NCBI GenBank assembly: GCA_947628365.1
Contig: CANQZN010000002.1
Location: forward strand, 1-37,157
Origin: an uncultured Bacilli bacterium
GTDB taxonomy: Bacteria > Bacillota_I > Bacilli_A > RF39 > UBA660
Direction of reading: 5' to 3'
Length of the DNA stretch: 37,157 bases
Position 1 is the first letter of the stretch; each line of letters starts with the position of its first letter. The position numbers and the translations under genes are program-made. Shown here in pieces: positions 28,386 to 36,437 of the stretch. The notes under the pieces were generated by a model. The model saw nothing but the letters and a program-made list of their open reading frames with translations, did no database searches and had not been told where the DNA came from.

Positions 28386-28414
28386 ATTTTACAATAAGAT
28401 GAAAATAATGTCAA
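28386..28414 (-). promoter_or_regulatory. lexA promoter
   Basis: On the minus strand, TTGACA (28414-28409), a 17-nt spacer, then TAAAAT (28391-28386). The -35 abuts SOS-box-like palindrome 1. Confidence 0.65.
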
Positions 28415-28424
28415 ACAATTGTTT
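28413..28424. promoter_or_regulatory. SOS-box-like palindrome 1
   Basis: AAACAATTGTTT is a perfect 12-bp palindrome. It relates to the Gram-positive Cheo box CGAAC-N4-GTTCG, with AAAC/GTTT half-sites. Confidence 0.55.
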
Positions 28425-28441
28425 AATTTTTCAAAAAACTA

Positions 28442-28470
28442 TTGATACGAACAATTGTTTTTGATAAGAT
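28442..28470 (+). promoter_or_regulatory. Promoter of the divergent small ORF, with SOS box 2 in the spacer
   Basis: TTGATA (28442-28447), a 17-nt spacer, then TAAGAT (28465-28470). The spacer begins with CGAACAATTGTTT (28448-28460), which has a canonical CGAAC left half-site. Confidence 0.6.
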
Positions 28471-28499
28471 AGATTTGTAAGAAAGAAGGAGTGATATTT

Positions 28500-28643
28500 A
28501 TGAAAAAGTTATTAGTCAATTATGGAGGAATTATTTTATTTTATTCCGTACTTATATTTGGAGTATTGCTCCTGAATGCCAGGTTTGCATACTTAAATAA
28601 CTTACCTACAAATGTAGCAAACAATAATATTATTAATGATTAA
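28500..28643 (+). CDS. Unannotated 47-aa single-pass membrane peptide divergent from lexA (candidate SOS-induced division inhibitor)
   Basis: Absent from the ORF track. AAGGAG (28486-28491) lies 8 nt before the ATG. Translation is MKKLLVNYGGIILFYSVLIFGVLLLNARFAYLNNLPTNVANNNIINND. A terminator hairpin follows. Confidence 0.6.
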   Translation: MKKLLVNYGGIILFYSVLIFGVLLLNARFAYLNNLPTNVANNNIIND

Positions 28644-28673
28644 AAAAGTTAAAGTTGTTATTTAACTTTTTTT
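28644..28673 (+). terminator. Rho-independent terminator after the small ORF
   Basis: Stem AAAAGTTAAA/TTTAACTTTT with a 7-nt loop and a T-run. Confidence 0.55.
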
Positions 28674-28720
28674 CATTTATAATTTAATTAGAAGATAGTT
28701 TTATTATAGAGGGTGATATA

Positions 28721-29848
28721 ATGAAAAAAATATTAGTAGTATATGCAAGATATGGATCAGGTCATAAATCTATTGCAGAGTATGTTGCTAACTACATAAG
28801 TGAGAATAATAAAAAAGCGGAAGTAAAACTTCTAGATATAACAGATTATGGTAATTTTTTAGGTAGAACTTCAATCAAATTATGGGATTGGGTATGTCTA
28901 CATCGGCATGAAAAAATATTTGATGTTGCTTATGAACTTATGGACTATAAAATATCTACGCTAGGCCATAATGGAGTTGCTCGTAAATGTTATGATAATG
29001 AACGTTTGCGTAAAGAAATATGTGATTTTAATCCCGATATTACAATTTCTACCCATTTCTTTGGTAGCAATATGGTTACTTATTATAATAAACTAAATTT
29101 AATTCATAGTAAGCTTTTCACTATAATAACCGATTATCGTACTCATGAGTGTTGGACTAGAAACCATAAAACAGAAGATGGATATATTGTTGGTAATGAA
29201 ATGGTTAAAGAAGAACTTATATCAAGGGGAGTAGACGGCAGAAAAGTTTATCCTTTTGGTTTGCCTCTTAATATAGCTAAAATCAATAATTTAGATGAAG
29301 AAAATGTAATTTTAAAAAGATATAATTTAACTGGTTCTCGTAAAATATATTTATTTTTTGGTGGTTCATCCATTGGTAGTATGTATTATTATGATTATTT
29401 TAAAGCCTTAGCTAAAATGAATATTAATGCCGATATTGTTTTTGTCTGTGGTCGTAATGAAAAATTAAAAGATAAATGTGATTTGTATGTTAAGAAAAAT
29501 AATATAAAAAATATTTTAGTTTTAGGTTACTCAACTGATGTCTTTAATTTAATGAAAATTAGTGATTTAGTTATTTCTAAACCGGGTGGGGCAACAGTTA
29601 CCGAATGCTTAGAAATGCGTGTTCCTATGTTATTAGTCCCTGGTGTTGGAGGACAAGAAAAATATAATGCTCGTTTTATGACTAGAAAGAAATATAGTAT
29701 TAAAGCCAAAAATATTAGGGCATTTAAAAAATGGATCAACAAATTAGAAGAGAACCCTAGTATAATTTATAAAATGAAAGATAGATTAAAAATGCTAGAA
29801 AATAATTCTTCAGTTGAAAAGATTAATAATTTAATTAGTAAAATGTAA
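28721..29848 (+). CDS. Diacylglycerol glycosyltransferase (MGDG-synthase/UgtP-like, GT28)
   Basis: N-terminus KILVVYARYGSGHKSIAEYV aligns with UgtP ILTANYGNGHVQVAK. TDY..H..W is present. The C-terminal GT28 motif is SKPGGATVTECLEMRVPMLLV. Confidence 0.75.
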   Translation: MKKILVVYARYGSGHKSIAEYVANYISENNKKAEVKLLDITDYGNFLGRTSIKLWDWVCLHRHEKIFDVAYELMDYKISTLGHNGVARKCYDNERLRKEICDFNPDITISTHFFGSNMVTYYNKLNLIHSKLFTIITDYRTHECWTRNHKTEDGYIVGNEMVKEELISRGVDGRKVYPFGLPLNIAKINNLDEENVILKRYNLTGSRKIYLFFGGSSIGSMYYYDYFKALAKMNINADIVFVCGRNEKLKDKCDLYVKKNNIKNILVLGYSTDVFNLMKISDLVISKPGGATVTECLEMRVPMLLVPGVGGQEKYNARFMTRKKYSIKAKNIRAFKKWINKLEENPSIIYKMKDRLKMLENNSSVEKINNLISKM

Positions 29849-29860
29849 GGGATTGAATTT

Positions 29861-31738
29861 ATGAATAAAATTGATAGTAATATTGTTAATAATTTAAGAA
29901 TTTATAGTAGTAAGATAGCTAGTTCTTCTAATGTCGCGGAACTTTGTTATAATGCTACTCCTTTAGTATACAATTTATTTGCAAGTAGCGTTAAATTTAA
30001 CCCAAGTAATAGTAAATGGCTTAATCGTGACCGAGTTATCGTTAGTAATAAATTATTACCATTATATTATGGTATTCTTAATCTATGCTATAACGAAATA
30101 TCTCTAGATAATTTAAAAGAATATGGTAGTTTTACCTCAATTACGAGTAATATTGCTAAAATAAGTACTCCGGGAATTGATGCAAGTAGTATTAAAAATG
30201 GTGATGTCATAAGTAGTGCCGTAGGTATTGCCTTAGGGGAAAGATACTTAGAGTCTTTAGTAAAAGAAGAAGATCCTAAAAATAATTTAGTTAATTTTTA
30301 TACATATTGTTTATGTACAAAAGAAGATATTATGGATGCATCATCTTATGAAGCACTATCTTTTGCTAAATCACAAGATTTAAGTAAGCTAATTATAATT
30401 ATTTTTGATGATATAAGTAATAATGATTTTAAAGATGATTTAAATGAAAGATTTAGTTCTATAGGTTTTGAGTTTGAAAGTTTAAAGATACAAGAAATAT
30501 CTTCGTTTAATAATGCCGTGGAAGATGCCAGAAAAGCTAAAACTATATCTATTTTCCAAATAAAATATAAAGAAAGTGCTGAAGTAGAGAAAAAGATTAG
30601 TGAATTAAAAGAGGCAAGTTGGGAAGAGGATAATGTTCGTTCTTCTTTTGAAAAAATAGTTACTAAAAGACTTACTAATAGTTTAAATAAATGGGATTTA
30701 TTAAAAGAAGAAAGCATTAAAAATAGTAAATTAAAAGAAATAGTAAATTTCCTTGAAAATAAAAAGATTAAAATAGCTTTTAAACCGGAAAATATCAAAA
30801 TAAATGATGGTTATGAAGAAGAATTATTGGTAAGTAATAATAAAATACTTAATATAGTTGCCTCTAAAAGTCCATTTATTTTATGTACTAGTGATATTGA
30901 TTTTGCTATAAATAAAAATAATATAACAAAATCAACTCTTATGAGTAAGGAAAACCCTTTAGGCAGAAATATTTACTTTCATAATCGGGTGTTATCTATG
31001 GCTGGAGTATCTTGTGGCCTTGCATTCCTCGGTTTTAAAGTTTTTGCATCTACTTATTTAGTAAATGAAAATTTAATTGCGAGTTCAATAAAATTAAGTT
31101 TAATTAATAATTTAAATATTAATTTCACCTTTACTCATGATACTTTCTTAAATAGTTATCAGTATTCTCTTCATAGTTTTGATGAAGTTAGTCACCTTTA
31201 TAGTATCCCTAATTTAATTAATTTCCGTCCTTGTGATATTAATGAGATTATTGGTGCATATGATTTACTAAGCCAATTTGAACAAACGACAACTTTAATA
31301 TTAGGTAATGATAAAACACCAAAAATAAATGGTTCTCAAAGTAAATATGTTCCTGCTGGGGCATATCCAATCAAAAAAGAAACGGAAGAATTAAATGCCA
31401 TTATTATTGCATCGGGAAGTGAAGTTTCTATTGCTCTTAAACTAGCCTTTGAATTATCATATTATGGTATTTTAATTCGCGTTGTATCAATGCCTTCTGA
31501 AAGTATCTTTACAATGCAAACAGAAAGATATAAAAATATTTTACTTCCTAAAGATATTAAAACATTTGTGATTGATTTTAATAATGCTAGTTTTGCTTAT
31601 AAATATGTATCTGGAAAAGATTATATTTTAGATATTAATAAATATACTTTTGGTGGTTCTAAAGAAGAATTATTAAATGAATATAACTTAAATACTGATG
31701 CTCTTAAAGCAAGAATAATTGAATTAATGAAAAAATAA
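29861..31738 (+). CDS. Transketolase-fold protein lacking the catalytic and ThDP-binding motifs (probable pseudoenzyme)
   Basis: 625 aa, colinear with transketolase. Scaffold blocks kept: NRDRVIVSN, FYTYCL, NFRPCD, IIASGSEVSIA, RVVSMPS and FGGSKEELL. Catalytic blocks SGHPG, SNGHGS, GDG, DDNxISIDG, GVREFGM and GEDGPTHQP are all substituted. Confidence 0.75.
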   Translation: MNKIDSNIVNNLRIYSSKIASSSNVAELCYNATPLVYNLFASSVKFNPSNSKWLNRDRVIVSNKLLPLYYGILNLCYNEISLDNLKEYGSFTSITSNIAKISTPGIDASSIKNGDVISSAVGIALGERYLESLVKEEDPKNNLVNFYTYCLCTKEDIMDASSYEALSFAKSQDLSKLIIIIFDDISNNDFKDDLNERFSSIGFEFESLKIQEISSFNNAVEDARKAKTISIFQIKYKESAEVEKKISELKEASWEEDNVRSSFEKIVTKRLTNSLNKWDLLKEESIKNSKLKEIVNFLENKKIKIAFKPENIKINDGYEEELLVSNNKILNIVASKSPFILCTSDIDFAINKNNITKSTLMSKENPLGRNIYFHNRVLSMAGVSCGLAFLGFKVFASTYLVNENLIASSIKLSLINNLNINFTFTHDTFLNSYQYSLHSFDEVSHLYSIPNLINFRPCDINEIIGAYDLLSQFEQTTTLILGNDKTPKINGSQSKYVPAGAYPIKKETEELNAIIIASGSEVSIALKLAFELSYYGILIRVVSMPSESIFTMQTERYKNILLPKDIKTFVIDFNNASFAYKYVSGKDYILDINKYTFGGSKEELLNEYNLNTDALKARIIELMKK

Positions 31739-31806
31739 TTTTATCGACATCATCTAACAAAATATATAATATGTCTAGTTATATAATTTGTTTAGGTGAT
31801 TTTTTA

Positions 31807-32223
31807 ATGCGGACTTTTTATATATTTAAAATAAAAAAAGAAATAACTATTTTAACTAAAGAAATTCCTTATAATTTATATAAAACTATTGAAAATTTAT
31901 ATTATTATGACAATGTAAATAATGAAGTCTCTTTTAAAATATTTAATGATTTATTTGATCAATTTGATGCTAGTTATTTAAATAATCATTTACAAACTCT
32001 ATTTAAAAATAATCGCTTTTATCGATATGATGATAGTATTCACTCAATTAGCAATAAATATATTCCCGAAAATAGTAAATTAAAAGTTTATAAAAGTCAT
32101 TTACTTCTAAAAAGTGATGTGATTAAACCAACTCTTTTAGTTAATTATTTGATGAGTGATAATTTATTTGTCTGCGATTTTAAAAATAAAGACTATTTTT
32201 GGTTAAATGAGTTTGTTAGATAA
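31807..32223 (+). CDS. SirA-like protein (sporulation inhibitor of replication family), tentative
   Basis: N-terminus RTFYIFKIKKE and C-terminus LFVCDFKNKDYFWLNEFV resemble B. subtilis SirA as I recall it (RHYYTYLIKEE ... CFLAMDFNSKRYGWLNPV). It lies directly downstream of the tkt homologue, as in Bacillus. AGGTGA at 31794-31799 supports ATG 31807 over the track start 31771. Confidence 0.5.
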   Translation: MRTFYIFKIKKEITILTKEIPYNLYKTIENLYYYDNVNNEVSFKIFNDLFDQFDASYLNNHLQTLFKNNRFYRYDDSIHSISNKYIPENSKLKVYKSHLLLKSDVIKPTLLVNYLMSDNLFVCDFKNKDYFWLNEFVR

Positions 32224-32247
32224 CCCTTTTTGTGATAAAATTAGTAT

Positions 32248-32889
32248 GTGATTAATATGAAGTTTAAAATCAACGATTATATAATTGAATATGAAGTAAT
32301 TAGAAAAGATAATAAAAATCTTTATTTTCGTTTTGATGAAAATTGTAAATTAATTATTACAGCGCCTCGTTTTATCACCGATAAAGAAGTGCAAAACTTA
32401 ATTACTAAAAATTCTAGTGCTATTTTAAAAATGTATGAAGAATCTTTAGAAAGAAAGACACGAGATAGTTCTTTTTGGTATTTAGGAAAAAGTTATGAAG
32501 TAACTTTTGATAACCGAGTAGTAGACTTACAAATAGAGGGTGATACTATAACTTGTCATGATGAAGAGGCTTTAAAAAAGTTTTATGATGCTGAGTGTTT
32601 AAGAGTGTTTAATGAAGAAATTGAAATATGTCGTAAATGCTTTAATAACTTACCTGATTTTAAACTAAAAATAAGAAAGATGCGTACTAGATGGGGTGTT
32701 TGTAACACTAGAGATAAAACTATCACTTTAAATAGTGAATTATTAAAAAAAGAAGTTGGTTTAATAGACTATGTAATTATTCATGAAATGACTCATTTTT
32801 ATGAACCTAATCATAGTAAAAACTTCTGGGAAATAGTTAAAATGGCTCTTCCGGATTATAAAGAGCGAAGAAAAAAATTGAGGTATTAA
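32248..32889 (+). CDS. DUF45/YgjP-like (M48-related) zinc metallohydrolase
   Basis: C-terminal signature RWGVCN....ITLNSELLK......DYVIIHEMTHFYEPNHSKNFWEIV. The start may be ATG 32257. Confidence 0.75.
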   Translation: MINMKFKINDYIIEYEVIRKDNKNLYFRFDENCKLIITAPRFITDKEVQNLITKNSSAILKMYEESLERKTRDSSFWYLGKSYEVTFDNRVVDLQIEGDTITCHDEEALKKFYDAECLRVFNEEIEICRKCFNNLPDFKLKIRKMRTRWGVCNTRDKTITLNSELLKKEVGLIDYVIIHEMTHFYEPNHSKNFWEIVKMALPDYKERRKKLRY

Positions 32890-32891
32890 TA

Positions 32892-34136
32892 ATGAGTAAT
32901 ATGTATCAAAAATATTTAGATGAGGTAGTAAGTAGGACTTTAAAAGAAATTTTGCCAATTTTAAAAAGTATGGAAGAAGAAGAATTAAACCCAAAAAGTC
33001 CAATTACAAAAATAAAAATGGCTACTTTAAAGAAGAATTTAAAAATTTTACAAGAAAGAATTACGACTTTTCAAGGGGAGGATTTATCATATAATGATTT
33101 AATCGAAGCTATATATCCTTATCATAATTTAGAAATAAAAGAACTAAGAGAATTATGGAGTTTATGTCCCATTAAGTTATATCAAGAAAAAATATATGAA
33201 AAGGTAAAAAATAAAGAAATTTTAAAAATGCCAGAAATAAACTTTTTAGAGGATGATATTTTAAAAGGAAATTATACTCATATTGATGATGTCTTTGCTT
33301 ATTTTATGTATTTAATTAAAACTAGAAGCGAAGAACAACAAAAAAGTAAAAATATAATTACTTATCCTATGGTAAGTTATGAAACATTTGAAATGATAAC
33401 TGCTAAATGGGTTGAGAATAAAACACAAAAATTATTTCAAGGTGCTAAATGTTTTGTTTTGCCTCAAAGTAAGTTAGATCAAAACAATAAAGATATAACT
33501 AATGGTAAACATGTTGAAGCCTATGCTGAAGGTAGTGATATTTATGTTGCAATAGAATTACTCCAAGATATATACAATGGTAAATATTATAATTTAATAA
33601 AATTATTCCATGAAATACGCCATATTGAACAACATTTTGCTATGCAAGCAGGAATAGTCAAAAAAGAAGTTATGGATATGATATTAGATACAATATTAAC
33701 TGATATCTTAATAAAAAAAGATATTAAAGTATATTATGAAATCAATTATAAAGTACTTTCTTTTGAACTTGATGCAATTATTCATAGTATAGAAGAATAT
33801 TTAGAGTATTATAAATCTATTGGTTCCCCTGTTAAAGAAGAAGATTTTTACCAAAATAAAATAGAAGAAAAGAAAAAATTATATACAGATAAAAGAGTAA
33901 TCGCTGGCCATGAATACAATTTATATGAGTTATTTTTCGAAGTAATTAAAGATAAACCGGAATATTTAGAAGATGTTAGTCAATTAAAGATGATATTAAA
34001 GACTGAAAATGGTATTTTAGTACCAAAAACTAGCAAAGAAATAAAAGAAGAATACGCATTACTTGGGGAAGATGAAAAGGAAGAGTACGAAGAATTATTT
34101 GGTAAACATAATTTAACAGGTGATAGAAGAAAATAA
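32892..34136 (+). CDS. Hypothetical protein with HExxH motif
   Basis: 414 aa, helical and charged. Single HExxH at LFHEIRHIEQH, with acidic residues downstream (SFELDA). It begins 2 nt after the DUF45 stop. Confidence 0.5.
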   Translation: MSNMYQKYLDEVVSRTLKEILPILKSMEEEELNPKSPITKIKMATLKKNLKILQERITTFQGEDLSYNDLIEAIYPYHNLEIKELRELWSLCPIKLYQEKIYEKVKNKEILKMPEINFLEDDILKGNYTHIDDVFAYFMYLIKTRSEEQQKSKNIITYPMVSYETFEMITAKWVENKTQKLFQGAKCFVLPQSKLDQNNKDITNGKHVEAYAEGSDIYVAIELLQDIYNGKYYNLIKLFHEIRHIEQHFAMQAGIVKKEVMDMILDTILTDILIKKDIKVYYEINYKVLSFELDAIIHSIEEYLEYYKSIGSPVKEEDFYQNKIEEKKKLYTDKRVIAGHEYNLYELFFEVIKDKPEYLEDVSQLKMILKTENGILVPKTSKEIKEEYALLGEDEKEEYEELFGKHNLTGDRRK

Positions 34137-34149
34137 GAAAGGATAATTA

Positions 34150-34869
34150 ATGGAAATTACAAGTGTCAATAATGAAAAAATTAAATTTTATCAAAAATTA
34201 AAGCAAAAAAAATATCGAGATGAAGCTAAACTTTTTTTAGTAGAAGATGAGCACTTAGTTTATGAAGCATTAAAAGTAGGTATAGTTAAAGAAATTCTTA
34301 CCTTAGATAAAAGTTTAGAGTTTAATGTTCCTACTATTTATGTTACCGATAAAATTATGAAGATGATTTCTAGTCAAGTAACTGGGGCCAGGATAATTGC
34401 CCTTTGCAATGAGTTAAAAGAAAAAGAAGTAAAGGGTAATATTATCGTTTTAGACCGTTTGCAAGATCCTGGTAATTTAGGGACAATCATTAGAAGTGCT
34501 GTTGCTTTTAACTTTGACAGTGTTATTTTAAGTGAAGATTCAGTTGACTTATATAATCCGAAAGTCATTAGAGCATCAGAAGGGATGATTTTTAATATTA
34601 ATATTATTAGAACTGATATTAAAAAATTTCTTAATAATTTAGATGCATCTTATACTAAAGTTTCAACAGATGTTAATGAGGGGGAAGATATAAAAAATGT
34701 AAGTGCTAGTAAATATGCCATTGTTATTGGGAATGAAGGATCTGGAGTAAGTGCGGATGTTAGTAATTTATGTGATAAAAAAGTTTATATCAAAATGAAT
34801 CAAAATTGTGAAAGTTTAAATGCATCTGTTTCTGCTAGTATCTTAATGTATGAGGTATATCATGGATGA
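34150..34869 (+). CDS. TrmH/SpoU-family RNA 2'-O-methyltransferase
   Basis: SpoU motifs are LDRLQDPGNLGTIIRSA, VIGNEGSGVS and ESLNASVSASILMYE. An N-terminal substrate-binding (L30e-like) domain is present. Confidence 0.85.
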   Translation: MEITSVNNEKIKFYQKLKQKKYRDEAKLFLVEDEHLVYEALKVGIVKEILTLDKSLEFNVPTIYVTDKIMKMISSQVTGARIIALCNELKEKEVKGNIIVLDRLQDPGNLGTIIRSAVAFNFDSVILSEDSVDLYNPKVIRASEGMIFNINIIRTDIKKFLNNLDASYTKVSTDVNEGEDIKNVSASKYAIVIGNEGSGVSADVSNLCDKKVYIKMNQNCESLNASVSASILMYEVYHG

Positions 34870-35356
34870 TTATATCAAAATTGGTAAAATTATTAATACT
34901 TTTGGTATTAAAGGTGAACTTAAAATAGATAGTGATTTTGAATATAAAAATAAAGTTTTTAAGGAAGATGTTCCTCTTTATGTTGGCATTAATAAAGATA
35001 AAGAAGTAGTAAGTACACATCGTGTTCATAAAAATTATGATTTAGTTACTTTTAAAGGTTATGGTAATATTAATGAAGTTTTAAAATATAAAGGTAGTTT
35101 TTTATATGTTTTAAGAGAAGATTTAAACTTAAATGATGATGAGTATTTATATAGTGATTTATTATATGTTAAAGTTTATAATGATGATAAAGAAATAGGA
35201 ATAGTTACAGAAATACTTAAAAATTTTAATAATATTATTATAAGAATAAAAACGGATACAAAAGATGTTTTAGTACCAAACGTGCCTAAATATATCGTGA
35301 AATTTGACAAAAATAATCGTATATTATATACTAAATGCGTTCTTGAACTAATGTAA
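34850..35356 (+). CDS. rimM: 16S rRNA processing protein RimM
   Basis: IKIGKIINTFGIKGELKI at the N-terminus, with a PRC-barrel-like C-terminal part. It lies immediately upstream of trmD. ATG 34862 is an alternative start. Confidence 0.85.
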   Translation: MRYIMDDYIKIGKIINTFGIKGELKIDSDFEYKNKVFKEDVPLYVGINKDKEVVSTHRVHKNYDLVTFKGYGNINEVLKYKGSFLYVLREDLNLNDDEYLYSDLLYVKVYNDDKEIGIVTEILKNFNNIIIRIKTDTKDVLVPNVPKYIVKFDKNNRILYTKCVLELM

Positions 35357-35380
35357 TATAAATATAAAAGTAGGGATTTT

Positions 35381-36055
35381 ATGAGAATTGATATTTTAAC
35401 TCTTTTTCCAAAAATGTTTGAAGGTTTTTTAAGCGAATCAATAATTAAAAGAGCAATTGATAAAAAGGTAGTAACGATTAATATAATTGATTTTAGAAAA
35501 TATTCTAAATTAAAACATAATCAAGTAGATGATACTCCATATGGGGGAGGAGCAGGAATGGTTTTAATGTGTGAACCAATAGTAACTGCCATTGAAGATA
35601 TCAAAACTCCTGATTCACTAGTTATCTTAACAACTCCTCAAGGGAAAAAATATGATGAAGGTATGGCTTTAAAATTAAAAGATTATAAACACTTAATTAT
35701 TGTCTGTGGTCATTATGAAGGTTATGATGAAAGAATTAGAAATTTTGTCGATTTAGAAATAAGTATTGGTGATTTCGTTTTAACTGGGGGAGAAGTTCCA
35801 GCAATGGCAATCACTGATTCAGTAGTTAGATTAATTGATGGGGTAATAAAACAAGAATCTTTTATAGATGATTCTTATACTAATTCTTTACTAGATTATC
35901 CTACTTATACAAAACCAGTAGATTTTAGAGGGTTAAAGGTACCTGATGTTTTACTAAGTGGTAATCATCAAAAAATTGCTGAATATCGTCAAAATGAACA
36001 AATCAAAAGAACTAAAGAAAGACGCCCTGATTTAATGGAGGATCAAAATGACTAA
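35381..36055 (+). CDS. trmD: tRNA (guanine37-N1)-methyltransferase TrmD
   Basis: MRIDILTLFPKMFEGFL, DDTPYGGGAGMVL, ICGHYEGYDERI and GDFVLTGGE. Confidence 0.97.
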   Translation: MRIDILTLFPKMFEGFLSESIIKRAIDKKVVTINIIDFRKYSKLKHNQVDDTPYGGGAGMVLMCEPIVTAIEDIKTPDSLVILTTPQGKKYDEGMALKLKDYKHLIIVCGHYEGYDERIRNFVDLEISIGDFVLTGGEVPAMAITDSVVRLIDGVIKQESFIDDSYTNSLLDYPTYTKPVDFRGLKVPDVLLSGNHQKIAEYRQNEQIKRTKERRPDLMEDQND

Positions 36056-36416
36056 AATAAAAAATCCCAAAAATAATTTAGAAATTGTCGAAATAGATTC
36101 TCAAGGTGGTTTTGCTTTTAATAAAGGTAAAGATGATATTAAAATAACAGTTTATGATAGCGAAATGATAGAAAATATTATTGCTGATTTCTTTAAGCAA
36201 AAATTTCAAAAACTTGTATATCTAGTTTCATTATTTAATAGTTCCGATGATGATGATACAGATGACTCTCTAGTAAGAGATAAATGTGAAGAATTAAAAC
36301 AACTCTTAATTATCAAATATCAAAAATTTTTAAATAAAAAAGATTTAGCTAAATATATTAATATGATTGAGATGTTAGAAAGTGAAATAAAAATTACTAG
36401 ACATAAAGGAAGATAA
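36048..36416 (+). CDS. Hypothetical acidic protein, translationally coupled to trmD
   Basis: 122 aa. Its start overlaps the trmD stop (ATGACTAA). It has a poly-Asp patch SSDDDDTDDS and no recognisable domain. Confidence 0.55.
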   Translation: MTKIKNPKNNLEIVEIDSQGGFAFNKGKDDIKITVYDSEMIENIIADFFKQKFQKLVYLVSLFNSSDDDDTDDSLVRDKCEELKQLLIIKYQKFLNKKDLAKYINMIEMLESEIKITRHKGR

Positions 36417-36437
36417 TAATAAACTGGAGGTATAAAA

